DNA from: a virus
Reading direction: 5' to 3' (one strand)
UHGV virus genome: UHGV-1943956
Length of the DNA stretch: 17,807 bases
Notes under the pieces: model-generated
Database searches by the model: none
What the model saw: only the letters and a program-made list of their open reading frames with translations
Told to the model about the DNA's origin: nothing
Program-made: the position numbers and the translations under genes
In this document: one piece after another, positions 1-6,865 of the stretch
Layout: each line of letters starts with the position of its first letter
Numbering within the stretch: position 1 is the first letter of the stretch

Positions 1-189
1 ACAGGGGGATTCACCATGCCAGTTTCTTTTAACAAACTCCCCGCAAACCAGACAACAGTCAACCGCCTGAATTGTGAGGTATTTAAAAATTTCTCCAGAT
101 AACTGATACCCGGCTAACAGTCTGGCGTTTTCTTTTTCAGCAACGGGAAAGCAACAACCACCACACCCACCAGCAGCCCATTTACCACA

Positions 190-216
190 AATAAAAAAGC
201 CTTCAGGACTGAAGGT
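190..216 (-). terminator. Candidate intrinsic terminator after the 203-400 ORF
   Basis: On the minus strand a short GC-containing hairpin (plus-strand ccttcag..ctgaagg, ~201-216) is followed by a T-run (complement of the A-run at 192-198). Found by eye; no folding energy computed. Confidence 0.35.
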
Positions 217-400
217 GTCTGTAACAACCAAACTGATAGTCTGCCAGACCCGCCATAACAAGCTGGGTCAGTATTAACTGGCAGCGTTCGCGTGAAAGGT
301 AAGTATTCTGCGCTATCTCCCCGACTGTCGCCGGTTCGGTAACGCTTAATTCATTAAACACCACTCTGGCGGTTTCTGTCATATCCTGCTGTTTTAGCAT
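203..400 (-). CDS. Hypothetical small protein (65 aa from the ATG at 400), possible winged-helix DNA-binding fold
   Basis: Belongs to track ORF 203..487. The internal ATG at 400 has a purine-rich stretch (aaagggaaaaag) upstream and lies downstream of the candidate tR' hairpin. The segment TVGEIAQNTYLSRERCQLILTQLV looks like an HTH or winged helix. No family recognised. Confidence 0.4.
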   Translation of the reverse strand: MLKQQDMTETARVVFNELSVTEPATVGEIAQNTYLSRERCQLILTQLVMAGLADYQFGCYRHLQS

Positions 401-520
401 GTCTTTTTCCCTTTTCCGGTTAACGTGACACACCAATAACTCTTGTCGAAAAAGCCAGCAAGCTGAAAGACAGGTATTCACCGCCACCAGCGCGTTTACT
501 GTACTGACGCGATTTCAGTC

Positions 521-544
521 ATAAAAAACCCGCCAGGCGGCGGG
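521..544 (-). terminator. Intrinsic terminator, candidate tR' downstream of Q
   Basis: Minus strand reads CCCGCC-gcct-GGCGGG followed by TTTTTTAT: a 6-bp GC stem, 4-nt loop and U-tract. It sits about 80 bp downstream of the Q stop codon, where lambdoid phages place tR'. Confidence 0.55.
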
Positions 545-593
545 GTGTAAAAAATCTTCTAACGTCAGGCATAAAACGCCCATCGTTAGAGCA

Positions 594-621
594 AATTTAC
601 CACAGATTCGGGAAAAATCAA
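594..621 (-). promoter_or_regulatory. Candidate late promoter (PR'-like) with presumed qut region
   Basis: Minus strand has TTGATT (-35, ~621-616), a 16-bp spacer and TAAATT (-10, ~599-594), between the Q stop (627) and the hairpin at 544-521. Hexamers matched by eye only. Confidence 0.3.
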
Positions 622-626
622 CAACA

Positions 627-1448
627 CTATCGCGTTACCCTCTTTAACTGCCGCTCCGCCCATGCCTCTTCAATGTCAAACCGAACCACCAACGTATCGT
701 AAAAGCGTTTCACTGATTTTTTCCACGTATCAAGCGTGATAGCACTCGTCACTTTGCATATGGCATTAAATGCCTCCGTTGATGGCAGCCTTTCACAGCC
801 ACGACCACCACAACGCTGGCAATCTCTGATAACAGGCATACCACGTTTTACCGACTCTTCACGATGAATGGCGACACCACGCCCACGGCAATCCTTACAG
901 GCGGTGGAAACCTCACCCTTTCCGCCACACTCCGGACAGGCAACTTTTACCACCTCCCTGACTTTTTTCCATTCTTCCCAGTAAGACGGATACACGCCTT
1001 TTGTGCACTTTGCCCACACTGGTGGCTTACCATCCGGATACTGGATCTTGTTTGTAAAAACCTCGCTTTCAATAAATTTTTTTCCGTGACAGCAGGGGCA
1101 CTGTTTTTTGCTCGCCGCGCTACGGGCATAATCTTCAAACGCATACGAAGCCATAATGCGCATCACTACCGGTTTTATTTCTGCCGGAAGTTTTCTCAAC
1201 GCCGCCACACGATCGCACCGACTGAGTGCATAATCTGCCAGTAATTCTGTTGCCCGCGCCCTGTCATTCATACTGATGCCCATTTTCCCCAGGAACGCAG
1301 AAAACCCCATCTCAGCCCGATTCTGTGTCATGCCCTGCGCGGCCATCACATCAGTGATACTCAGCGCATCTTTTGACGTTGAGGCCGATACATCGGTCAG
1401 GCCAGGGGATTTTGGGGAGTAGTATTTCGGTAAATCTTCCAGTTTCAT
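627..1448 (-). CDS. Antitermination protein Q, long form (QuuQ-like) with four CxxCxGxG zinc-finger repeats
   Basis: 273-aa ORF whose ATG overlaps the rusA stop (ATGA). Contains CPCCHGKK, CPECGGKG, CKDCRGRG and CQRCGGRG. Follows DUF968 and rusA as in lambdoid nin-Q regions, and is followed by promoter and terminator candidates. Family call from recalled similarity to Qin-type Q proteins. Confidence 0.75.
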   Translation of the reverse strand: MKLEDLPKYYSPKSPGLTDVSASTSKDALSITDVMAAQGMTQNRAEMGFSAFLGKMGISMNDRARATELLADYALSRCDRVAALRKLPAEIKPVVMRIMASYAFEDYARSAASKKQCPCCHGKKFIESEVFTNKIQYPDGKPPVWAKCTKGVYPSYWEEWKKVREVVKVACPECGGKGEVSTACKDCRGRGVAIHREESVKRGMPVIRDCQRCGGRGCERLPSTEAFNAICKVTSAITLDTWKKSVKRFYDTLVVRFDIEEAWAERQLKRVTR

Positions 1449-1819
1449 TTTTTGACCTGCTCTTCATGCATTATGGGGTAAATCTTCACCCCCATACGTC
1501 CACCAGATACTGGCTGACCACGAACGATATTGATTTCATCAAACTGCTCATCGTCCATTAACACTCCCGCATGCGTCAGCGCATCCAGCGGTGCTTTCAG
1601 GATATTGTCCAGGTCGCGACGACGCTTATCCGGTGGCTCTGCAATCACCTTTATCGCCAGCCTTCCGGACAGGCTTAATTTCAGCCGCTGCTGGCGAACA
1701 ATAAGCGCCACAGCCCGGCGATAACGCTTTCCCTCCTCCGAGATAAAATATGTGCTGCCACGGCGTCGCCAGTAAGTGTTCACCGTCGGCGGGTAAGGTA
1801 AAACCAAATCTATGAGCAT
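1445..1819 (-). CDS. rusA: Crossover junction endodeoxyribonuclease RusA (Holliday junction resolvase)
   Basis: 124 aa. Carries the acidic-core motif PPDKRRRDLDNILKAPLDALTHAGVLMDDEQ typical of RusA. SD agaggtg upstream of the ATG at 1819. Conserved nin-region position. Confidence 0.85.
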   Translation of the reverse strand: MLIDLVLPYPPTVNTYWRRRGSTYFISEEGKRYRRAVALIVRQQRLKLSLSGRLAIKVIAEPPDKRRRDLDNILKAPLDALTHAGVLMDDEQFDEINIVRGQPVSGGRMGVKIYPIMHEEQVKK

Positions 1820-1831
1820 CAGTCACCTCTT

Positions 1832-2878
1832 TTACCCAAGCACGCCAGTTGCAAAGGCGTGATCAAGAAAACGAAAAATTAAATCAACCTGAGAACCATG
1901 CTTTTCTTCGAACGCCAGAGGATCCGCATGAAGCTCGTTGTGATGCTCCCGACACAGCGGTAGCGTGAAAATATCGTGAGATTTTGTCCCCATTCCGCCC
2001 TGACCATGACCAATCAGGTGATGGGGATCGTCGGCTGGCTTACCACAACACGCACACGGCTGTGTCTTCACCCAGCGTGTGTATTTCTCGTTAACCCAGC
2101 GGCGACGTTTAGGTCGTTTCATGAAAGATTCCGGAGACTCAGGATCAACGGCAATGCTGACCACCGTCTCTTCCTGTGGCGGGTTTTGCTGGTGGGCGTG
2201 AGGCAGCGGCGCAAGATTTTTTGTGCGCTGCTTCAGTATGCTGGTGGCGGTCTGCTCTCCCGGTACGATGTCGCTTTCACGGTACATTGAGCGGATTTTT
2301 TCCGCACGCAACCCCAGCGAACGACGTAATACCGCTTCCGGTAGCGCGTCCGCCACCTGATTGCGGACCGCCCACCAGGATAATTCAGCCAGCGATAATT
2401 CCCGCTCCTGCGAGCCATTCATTGCATGGCGTATGACGTCAATCATCCATGCAGACAGGTTTTGGTGAGCAAGTTGCCCGAGTGATTCGGAGGTCTGGTC
2501 GCGCAGCTGGTTGTCGCAGTGCCAGCACAACACCATTGCGCCGGTACCATAACGGTGAATGACGGTTTCACTGTGGTGATAATCGCCGTGTGGCCACTGG
2601 CAGGATTTAACATGGCGCAGTAACCAGTCAGACAATGCGCCAGCGCCACCAGCAGCACGAATCACTCGTTCGTCGCTGAAAAATGGCAGTAATGATTTAT
2701 CCTCCGCCAGCGGCTGGCGAACGGCAGGAACGACCCCGGACGGCAGATTACGCATGCTTTTCGGTTCCGGCTCCACCAGTACCCGGGTATTGTGGAATAC
2801 CGGCATGGATTCACGGCCCGGCTTAACGATCACCAGCCCGAGTTCCGGTACCAGAACAGGTCGAAGTAATACCCGCAC
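1832..2878 (-). CDS. DUF968-family protein (YdfU-like) with C-terminal Cys/His-rich HNH-like motif
   Basis: 348 aa with GTG start at 2878 preceded by ggagg. C-terminal block [28 protein letters not shown]...LCREHHNELH. Paralogous to 16423-17412. Confidence 0.8.
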   Translation of the reverse strand: MRVLLRPVLVPELGLVIVKPGRESMPVFHNTRVLVEPEPKSMRNLPSGVVPAVRQPLAEDKSLLPFFSDERVIRAAGGAGALSDWLLRHVKSCQWPHGDYHHSETVIHRYGTGAMVLCWHCDNQLRDQTSESLGQLAHQNLSAWMIDVIRHAMNGSQERELSLAELSWWAVRNQVADALPEAVLRRSLGLRAEKIRSMYRESDIVPGEQTATSILKQRTKNLAPLPHAHQQNPPQEETVVSIAVDPESPESFMKRPKRRRWVNEKYTRWVKTQPCACCGKPADDPHHLIGHGQGGMGTKSHDIFTLPLCREHHNELHADPLAFEEKHGSQVDLIFRFLDHAFATGVLG

Positions 2879-2879
2879 G

Positions 2880-3152
2880 TTACCTCCAGATGCGTTGCTG
2901 GAATGTGCGGGACGGACGCGGTGGGCGTTCAGAGTAAGGAAGCCTGACGGAGATTATCCAGTGACGATAATCGAGGCTGAGGGCTTTCTTAATCTCGTAT
3001 CCGCGTCTGCGGTAGTTATGAATTAGCCATTCGGCCTGTTCTTCAGTACATGGTGGGTGTTGGTACCAGTCGGTTTTAAATGCGTGTGAACGCCGCCCAT
3101 GCCGGATGGCAAGGTCGGTATCAGAATTGTGAAATTTGGTTTTGTGCGCCAT
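2880..3152 (-). CDS. Hypothetical 90-aa protein at the position Rem occupies in the Qin prophage
   Basis: ORF stop overlaps the DUF968 start region. Lies between hok and DUF968 as in the Qin order quuQ-ydfU-rem-hokD. I cannot confirm sequence identity to Rem from memory. Confidence 0.5.
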   Translation of the reverse strand: MAHKTKFHNSDTDLAIRHGRRSHAFKTDWYQHPPCTEEQAEWLIHNYRRRGYEIKKALSLDYRHWIISVRLPYSERPPRPSRTFQQRIWR

Positions 3153-3221
3153 CTGTTTTCTCTGCTGGCGCAGCAGGTGTCAGGTGTTCAGGCTGACGTG
3201 CGAATTGTAAACCAGAATGCC

Positions 3222-3250
3222 AGAAAAAAACAAAACCCGCCGAAGCGGGT
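3222..3250 (-). terminator. Intrinsic terminator downstream of hok
   Basis: Minus strand reads aaCCCGCttcgGCGGGttttgttttttt: a GC stem-loop followed by a long U-tract, about 70 nt after the hok stop codon. Confidence 0.55.
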
Positions 3251-3319
3251 TAAGTGCGGGTGCGTTGAGGATGCCTGACACATCAGAGGTGGCGAGGGAT
3301 TTCTCCCCCGCCAGGTCTC

Positions 3320-3475
3320 TTACTCCTCAGGTTCGTAAGCTGTGAAGACAGCGACCTCCGTCTGGCCGGTTCGGAGTCGTACCTCGCAGAGGTCTTTCCT
3401 CGTTACCAGTGCCGTCACTATGACGGTTAAACAGATGACGATCAGGGCGATTAACATCGCCTTTTGCTGCTTCAT
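3320..3475 (-). CDS. hokD: Hok-family type I toxin (HokD/RelF-like), 51 aa
   Basis: Hand translation of the reverse complement gives MKQQKAMLIALIVICLTVIVTALVTRKDLCEVRLRTGQTEVAVFTAYEPEE. This is a single transmembrane helix followed by the Hok signature LCEVR.R.G..EVA. SD aaggag lies 8 nt upstream. Absent from the ORF track because it is under 60 aa. Confidence 0.85.
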   Translation of the reverse strand: MKQQKAMLIALIVICLTVIVTALVTRKDLCEVRLRTGQTEVAVFTAYEPEE

Positions 3476-3488
3476 AGCCTGCTTCTCC

Positions 3489-3518
3489 TTGACCTTTCGG
3501 TCCGTAAGAGGCTAATCT
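3489..3518 (+). promoter_or_regulatory. Candidate promoter for a Sok-like antisense RNA
   Basis: Plus strand has TTGACC (3489-3494), an 18-bp spacer and TAATCT (3513-3518), directly upstream of and antisense to the hok translation-initiation region. This matches hok/sok architecture. The 3' end of the antisense RNA is undefined. Confidence 0.3.
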
Positions 3519-3733
3519 CTATGTGTCGCATAGATATGGCCTCAGATTAATGTTAAGCGTCTTGCAGGACGCGTAATGTTAACTGGGGCTTTTCTCTATC
3601 TGCCTTTTGGTGTTCATGCCTGAGACAGATAGCCTCAAGCACCCGCAGTTATTCTACTTAACTAAGATTTCCCCGCAAACCGTTTTTGTCCGGCACAGTA
3701 AATATCCAACTAAACCAATGGCGTTCGCTGTAT

Positions 3734-3952
3734 TTACCGCCAGTATTCAATGCACATGACCGCCATGAACACCCCTAAAAAAAGGGCATTTATATGTCCA
3801 AACATTAATATCAAAACATCAATTTTTTCCATATACCTTGCTGTGAAGATGATGGGCATACATGATGCGAACAACCAGAACGCAACAAACAAAAACTGCA
3901 ATGCGTTTTTCATTATTCCCCCTACAATCAATGTGCAATAACATTTAAACAC
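3734..3952 (-). CDS. Small hydrophobic membrane protein (72 aa) in an AT-rich island
   Basis: Strong SD (agggggaa) 5-6 nt upstream of the ATG at 3952. Sequence is highly hydrophobic with two predicted TM segments. Local AT content is clearly higher than the flanks. Confidence 0.5.
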   Translation of the reverse strand: MFKCYCTLIVGGIMKNALQFLFVAFWLFASCMPIIFTARYMEKIDVLILMFGHINALFLGVFMAVMCIEYWR

Positions 3953-4033
3953 ACCTCAATTTGGCCGGACATATAAATATCTAAACCAGAAAAAATCACT
4001 TACATAGCGTTACAAACTCTTTAGTCTAAATAT

Positions 4034-4549
4034 TCATCGTAAAACATCCTCCACGCTTATCAGTCCATTTCGTTTCAGGTAATCCATCGCCTTCTCCGGT
4101 AATTTGCAGTCCGGCTGAGCTTTTTTCAGTTGACTGACCAGTCGTTTAACCCACATTGTTAATTCGCTAACCTGATTGCCGGATGCTGGTGGATTGTCGG
4201 CTTTACCCAGAATGGCAGCGCAGCAGGCCTCTCTGAGCACCCAGTCAACAGCATCCTTCCATGCTCCTGTTTCGACTGGCGGATTCTCACGCTTTACCTG
4301 TTCATAAAAGCGCACGGCTTTAACCAGTCCTTCTGATGTCACCGGGACTGGCGGGCCGATGAATAAGGCCTGAATTTCATAGTTCGGCCTGTCGTTACAA
4401 TCCTCTTTTGTCGGTACATATTTCCAGTCACCAGCCCACGGCTTCCCCTGAAAGTCTGTAACGTCTTTTTTCACGTAGCGATATCGCCATGCAACTGGTT
4501 TTGCCTGCCCTGCCGTTTCATGCCCTTCCTGATAATTAATCTCGCTCAT
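4034..4549 (-). CDS. Ea22-like family protein, paralog 1
   Basis: 171 aa starting MSEINYQ, the N-terminal signature shared with 5459-5881 and 5878-6564 and resembling lambda Ea22. ATGA overlap with the upstream small ORF. Confidence 0.7.
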   Translation of the reverse strand: MSEINYQEGHETAGQAKPVAWRYRYVKKDVTDFQGKPWAGDWKYVPTKEDCNDRPNYEIQALFIGPPVPVTSEGLVKAVRFYEQVKRENPPVETGAWKDAVDWVLREACCAAILGKADNPPASGNQVSELTMWVKRLVSQLKKAQPDCKLPEKAMDYLKRNGLISVEDVLR

Positions 4550-4722
4550 TCATCGCCCCACTCATCACAATATGCTTCGACCGGAGTTTTTCCTGCTTCA
4601 TAATCATCACGCCATGCTTCAGCATCAGCAGCACTGCCACCACGTAACTCTGCATAGTCCATTAACAGTTCATGCCATGCTTCAAAACTGACGTTGTATT
4701 TAGTTGAACCAAAATCAGCCAT
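4546..4722 (-). CDS. Hypothetical small acidic protein (58 aa), not in the ORF track
   Basis: Hand translation gives MADFGSTKYNVSFEAWHELLMDYAELRGGSAADAEAWRDDYEAGKTPVEAYCDEWGDE. SD-like gaggaag upstream. Stop overlaps the next start (ATGA). Fills an otherwise empty 165-bp gap in a tightly packed operon. Confidence 0.4.
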   Translation of the reverse strand: MADFGSTKYNVSFEAWHELLMDYAELRGGSAADAEAWRDDYEAGKTPVEAYCDEWGDE

Positions 4723-4897
4723 TTTGCTCTTCCTCTTCGTCTTTTATTTCGTGATATGAGTAATTGCAGTAGTTAAAGAAAATATCTTTTGCTTCGTCAT
4801 GTATTTCATCAGGCGTCGCATCATCATCCACTTCGAATTCATCCTCGAAATCTCCACCGGCTATTTCCGTTTCAATAATTATTTTAAACTTTCGCAT
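4715..4897 (-). CDS. Hypothetical small acidic protein (60 aa)
   Basis: ORF within the leftward operon, rich in Asp/Glu. Its start is preceded by an unusual hairpin between the SD and the ATG. Confidence 0.45.
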   Translation of the reverse strand: MRKFKIIIETEIAGGDFEDEFEVDDDATPDEIHDEAKDIFFNYCNYSYHEIKDEEEEQNG

Positions 4898-4990
4898 TTA
4901 ACTACCGCCCTTTCGGGCGGCCTCCTGATGTTCTGAGGGTGCAGAAATCCCTCCGGTTAAGGATTAAATTTTTAACAGAGCTAAATTTAA

Positions 4991-5347
4991 TTATTCAGTT
5001 CTGGATTTTGTCGCCCTGCGTATCCGCGCTTTCGCGTTACGCTCAATCTGAATTAGCTTTTCTATATTTTTTCGCCTTTCCCGCTCCTCCTGGCGCAAGT
5101 GCCTTACATCATCTGCCAGTCTGGTTTCTCTTTTCGCCACAGAGAGCATCCAGTCAAATGGCTCCACAACTGCACCGCAGATTTTACAGCGGACCTGACG
5201 CTCTTTTTCGTCAACCCGGACAGAGGCGTGATGACAATATGGTCTTTCCGATGGCTCATAAAGAAAATTAACCTGATTACGAGGGTCATCCTCTTTTACC
5301 GGAAATAAAACGATATTGCTTAACTCATCCTCTGGTTTTATTTCCAT
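4991..5347 (-). CDS. Hypothetical protein with Cys/His zinc-ribbon-like motif (118 aa)
   Basis: Strong SD aaggagagg upstream of the ATG at 5347. Motif CHH...CKIC followed by a basic, coiled-coil-like C-terminus. Confidence 0.65.
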   Translation of the reverse strand: MEIKPEDELSNIVLFPVKEDDPRNQVNFLYEPSERPYCHHASVRVDEKERQVRCKICGAVVEPFDWMLSVAKRETRLADDVRHLRQEERERRKNIEKLIQIERNAKARIRRATKSRTE

Positions 5348-5458
5348 GCTCCTCTCCTTTGATGCGAATGCCAGAGACGCGTAATGCGTGTTCTAGGTCA
5401 ATCAGGTAAAGCCAACTGCCATTTTCTTTAGGTATCATGACTTGTCGCTCATCTGCAT

Positions 5459-5881
5459 TTATCGGGTGTCCATATCGAAGGTCGTAGCGAGTCGGTAATT
5501 GAACTTCCCGCGCTTCCAGTTCAGCAATACGCTTGCACCCATCAGAGATAACTCCCTCGTAATACTCGCGCTGCTCGTTGAGTTNNNNNNNNNNNNNNNN
5601 NNNNNNNNNNNNNNNNNNNNNNNNNNNNNNNNNNNNNNNNNNNNNNNNNNNNNNNNNNNNNNNNNNNNNNNNNNTCTTTCCCGTTCATCCAGTAGTGCCA
5701 GCACGGTTTCTGGTCCGGTCAGAAATTTGAAGGCATTGAGCGCATCAATATCCACACCGTAATCTTTAAGTTCCTGTTCACTTAACAAATCATCATCAGC
5801 TGGCAACATTAACAGGCGTTCCATTGCTGGAATTGCACGTTCCGCCACCTCACGCAGTGACTGGTAATTAATTTCGCTCAC
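5459..5881 (-). CDS. Ea22-like family protein, paralog 2, interrupted by an assembly gap
   Basis: GTG start preceded by aaggagg. N-terminus MSEINYQSLREVAE... and LALLDERER, which resembles lambda Ea22. The reading frame crosses a 90-nt N run, so the 3' part and true length are unverified. Confidence 0.45.
   Translation of the reverse strand: MSEINYQSLREVAERAIPAMERLLMLPADDDLLSEQELKDYGVDIDALNAFKFLTGPETVLALLDERERXXXXXXXXXXXXXXXXXXXXXXXXXXXXXXNSTSSASITRELSLMGASVLLNWKRGKFNYRLATTFDMDTR
5585..5674. other. Assembly gap (run of 90 N)
   Basis: Ninety consecutive ambiguous bases. The real length and sequence are unknown. Confidence 0.99.
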
Positions 5882-6564
5882 TGGTTGCCTCCTTTGCGAA
5901 GCTGGGCAGCAAAGTCAACTAACCACTCCGTCATTTCAACCTTCCCTACCAGGTCTGAACCAGGGTGCATACAGCAATCACTCTGCGCCGCTTTGAAATC
6001 CTTATACTCATATTCTTGGGCCACCAGATTTTTTGCAGCTTCTATAGCAGCATCCACCCCCTGCGCCCGGACTTCAGCCAGGAAAGCATCAGTGGTTGGC
6101 GTTTCAGGTATCTGTCTCCTCATCCGTTCTATTGCATGATTGAACCCGAAGTCTTCCGCGAGAGATACGTCATCCATATTGTCATTGTCATCCTCAATAT
6201 CCCGTGATTCTGGAATTGCAGACTTTATTCCTGCATTCTCCGCTGTCAGCGCCGCGCACTTGGCCTCAAGAGCGGCAACCACTTCCTGATGGTCTTTGTA
6301 CTTAACGTATGAGCCGGAGATGTCATCACCTTCGGTGTTTAGCCATGCGTCATTGCAATTCACTGCGTAGGTTCTGATGCTCATGTTGATGCTCTCCCGC
6401 CCCTGACAGACGCCAGGCCAGTCAATAAAGTATCCGCAATGCCTACCCTCAGACGTGCGCGCAGGATAAATGCCGTTATGACCCGGCATAATATATGCTA
6501 CCCATTCATCTTGCGTTGCCTGTTCCGCCGCCTCGCGCAGTGCCTGATAGTCAATCTTGCTCAC
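5878..6564 (-). CDS. Ea22-like family protein, paralog 3
   Basis: 228 aa with GTG start preceded by aaggagg. N-terminus MSKIDYQALREAAEQATQDEW resembles lambda Ea22. Its stop overlaps the start of paralog 2 (GTGA). Confidence 0.7.
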   Translation of the reverse strand: MSKIDYQALREAAEQATQDEWVAYIMPGHNGIYPARTSEGRHCGYFIDWPGVCQGRESINMSIRTYAVNCNDAWLNTEGDDISGSYVKYKDHQEVVAALEAKCAALTAENAGIKSAIPESRDIEDDNDNMDDVSLAEDFGFNHAIERMRRQIPETPTTDAFLAEVRAQGVDAAIEAAKNLVAQEYEYKDFKAAQSDCCMHPGSDLVGKVEMTEWLVDFAAQLRKGGNQ

Positions 6565-6865
6565 TGGCAGCCTCCTTTGCCGGGATTTCTAACTTTTGAG
6601 TGGTTGTATCAAATTCAAACAACTTAACCACGTCATCAAACAGGACATAATCACCATCAGGATCTTCAGTCATATCTGCGCCACAATCCTGACCGCACGA
6701 GTCGCAACCATCCATATCAAGCTCGTATCGCTTCAGGTTTGCGATATTTGATAAATTCAGCGCCAGTACAGCCAGGTCATAAACCTCTTCGGCAGTGACA
6801 TCGCTGTTCAGTCCCATTTCATGGCGATATATGATTTTTTCTACTCGTTGTTTTGTGATCGTCAT
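6551..6865 (-). CDS. Hypothetical protein (104 aa from the ATG at 6865)
   Basis: Track ORF 6551..6889 begins at a TTG. The ATG at 6865 has a ggag SD upstream. The C-terminal region is acidic with a CDSCGQDCG motif. Start choice is uncertain; ATG 6817 is an alternative. Confidence 0.45.
   Translation of the reverse strand: MTITKQRVEKIIYRHEMGLNSDVTAEEVYDLAVLALNLSNIANLKRYELDMDGCDSCGQDCGADMTEDPDGDYVLFDDVVKLFEFDTTTQKLEIPAKEAASEQD

Noticed and set aside
864-1244. Plus-strand ORFs (864..1244 and 1373..1561) and the nested minus-strand ORF 947..1144, all overlapping the Q gene
   Set aside because: They lie antisense to, or nested within, a well-supported gene with a recognisable family signature and have no SD or operon logic. 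Treated as shadow ORFs.
1976-2658. ORFs 1976..2290 (+), 2176..2436 (+), 2233..2418 (-) and 2443..2658 (-) overlapping the DUF968 gene
   Set aside because: Shadow or alternative-frame ORFs inside a GC-rich conserved gene. Composition is low-complexity (Arg/Pro/Ala-rich) and there are no start signals.
3476-3540. A mok-like overlapping reading frame upstream of hok
   Set aside because: The only upstream frame I could trace (ATG near 3531 on the minus strand) stops at the hok start codon after about 19 codons instead of overlapping hok as mok does. Not called.
5499-5762. Plus-strand ORF spanning the N run
   Set aside because: The translation passes through 90 undetermined bases and is antisense to the Ea22-like gene. 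Not interpretable.
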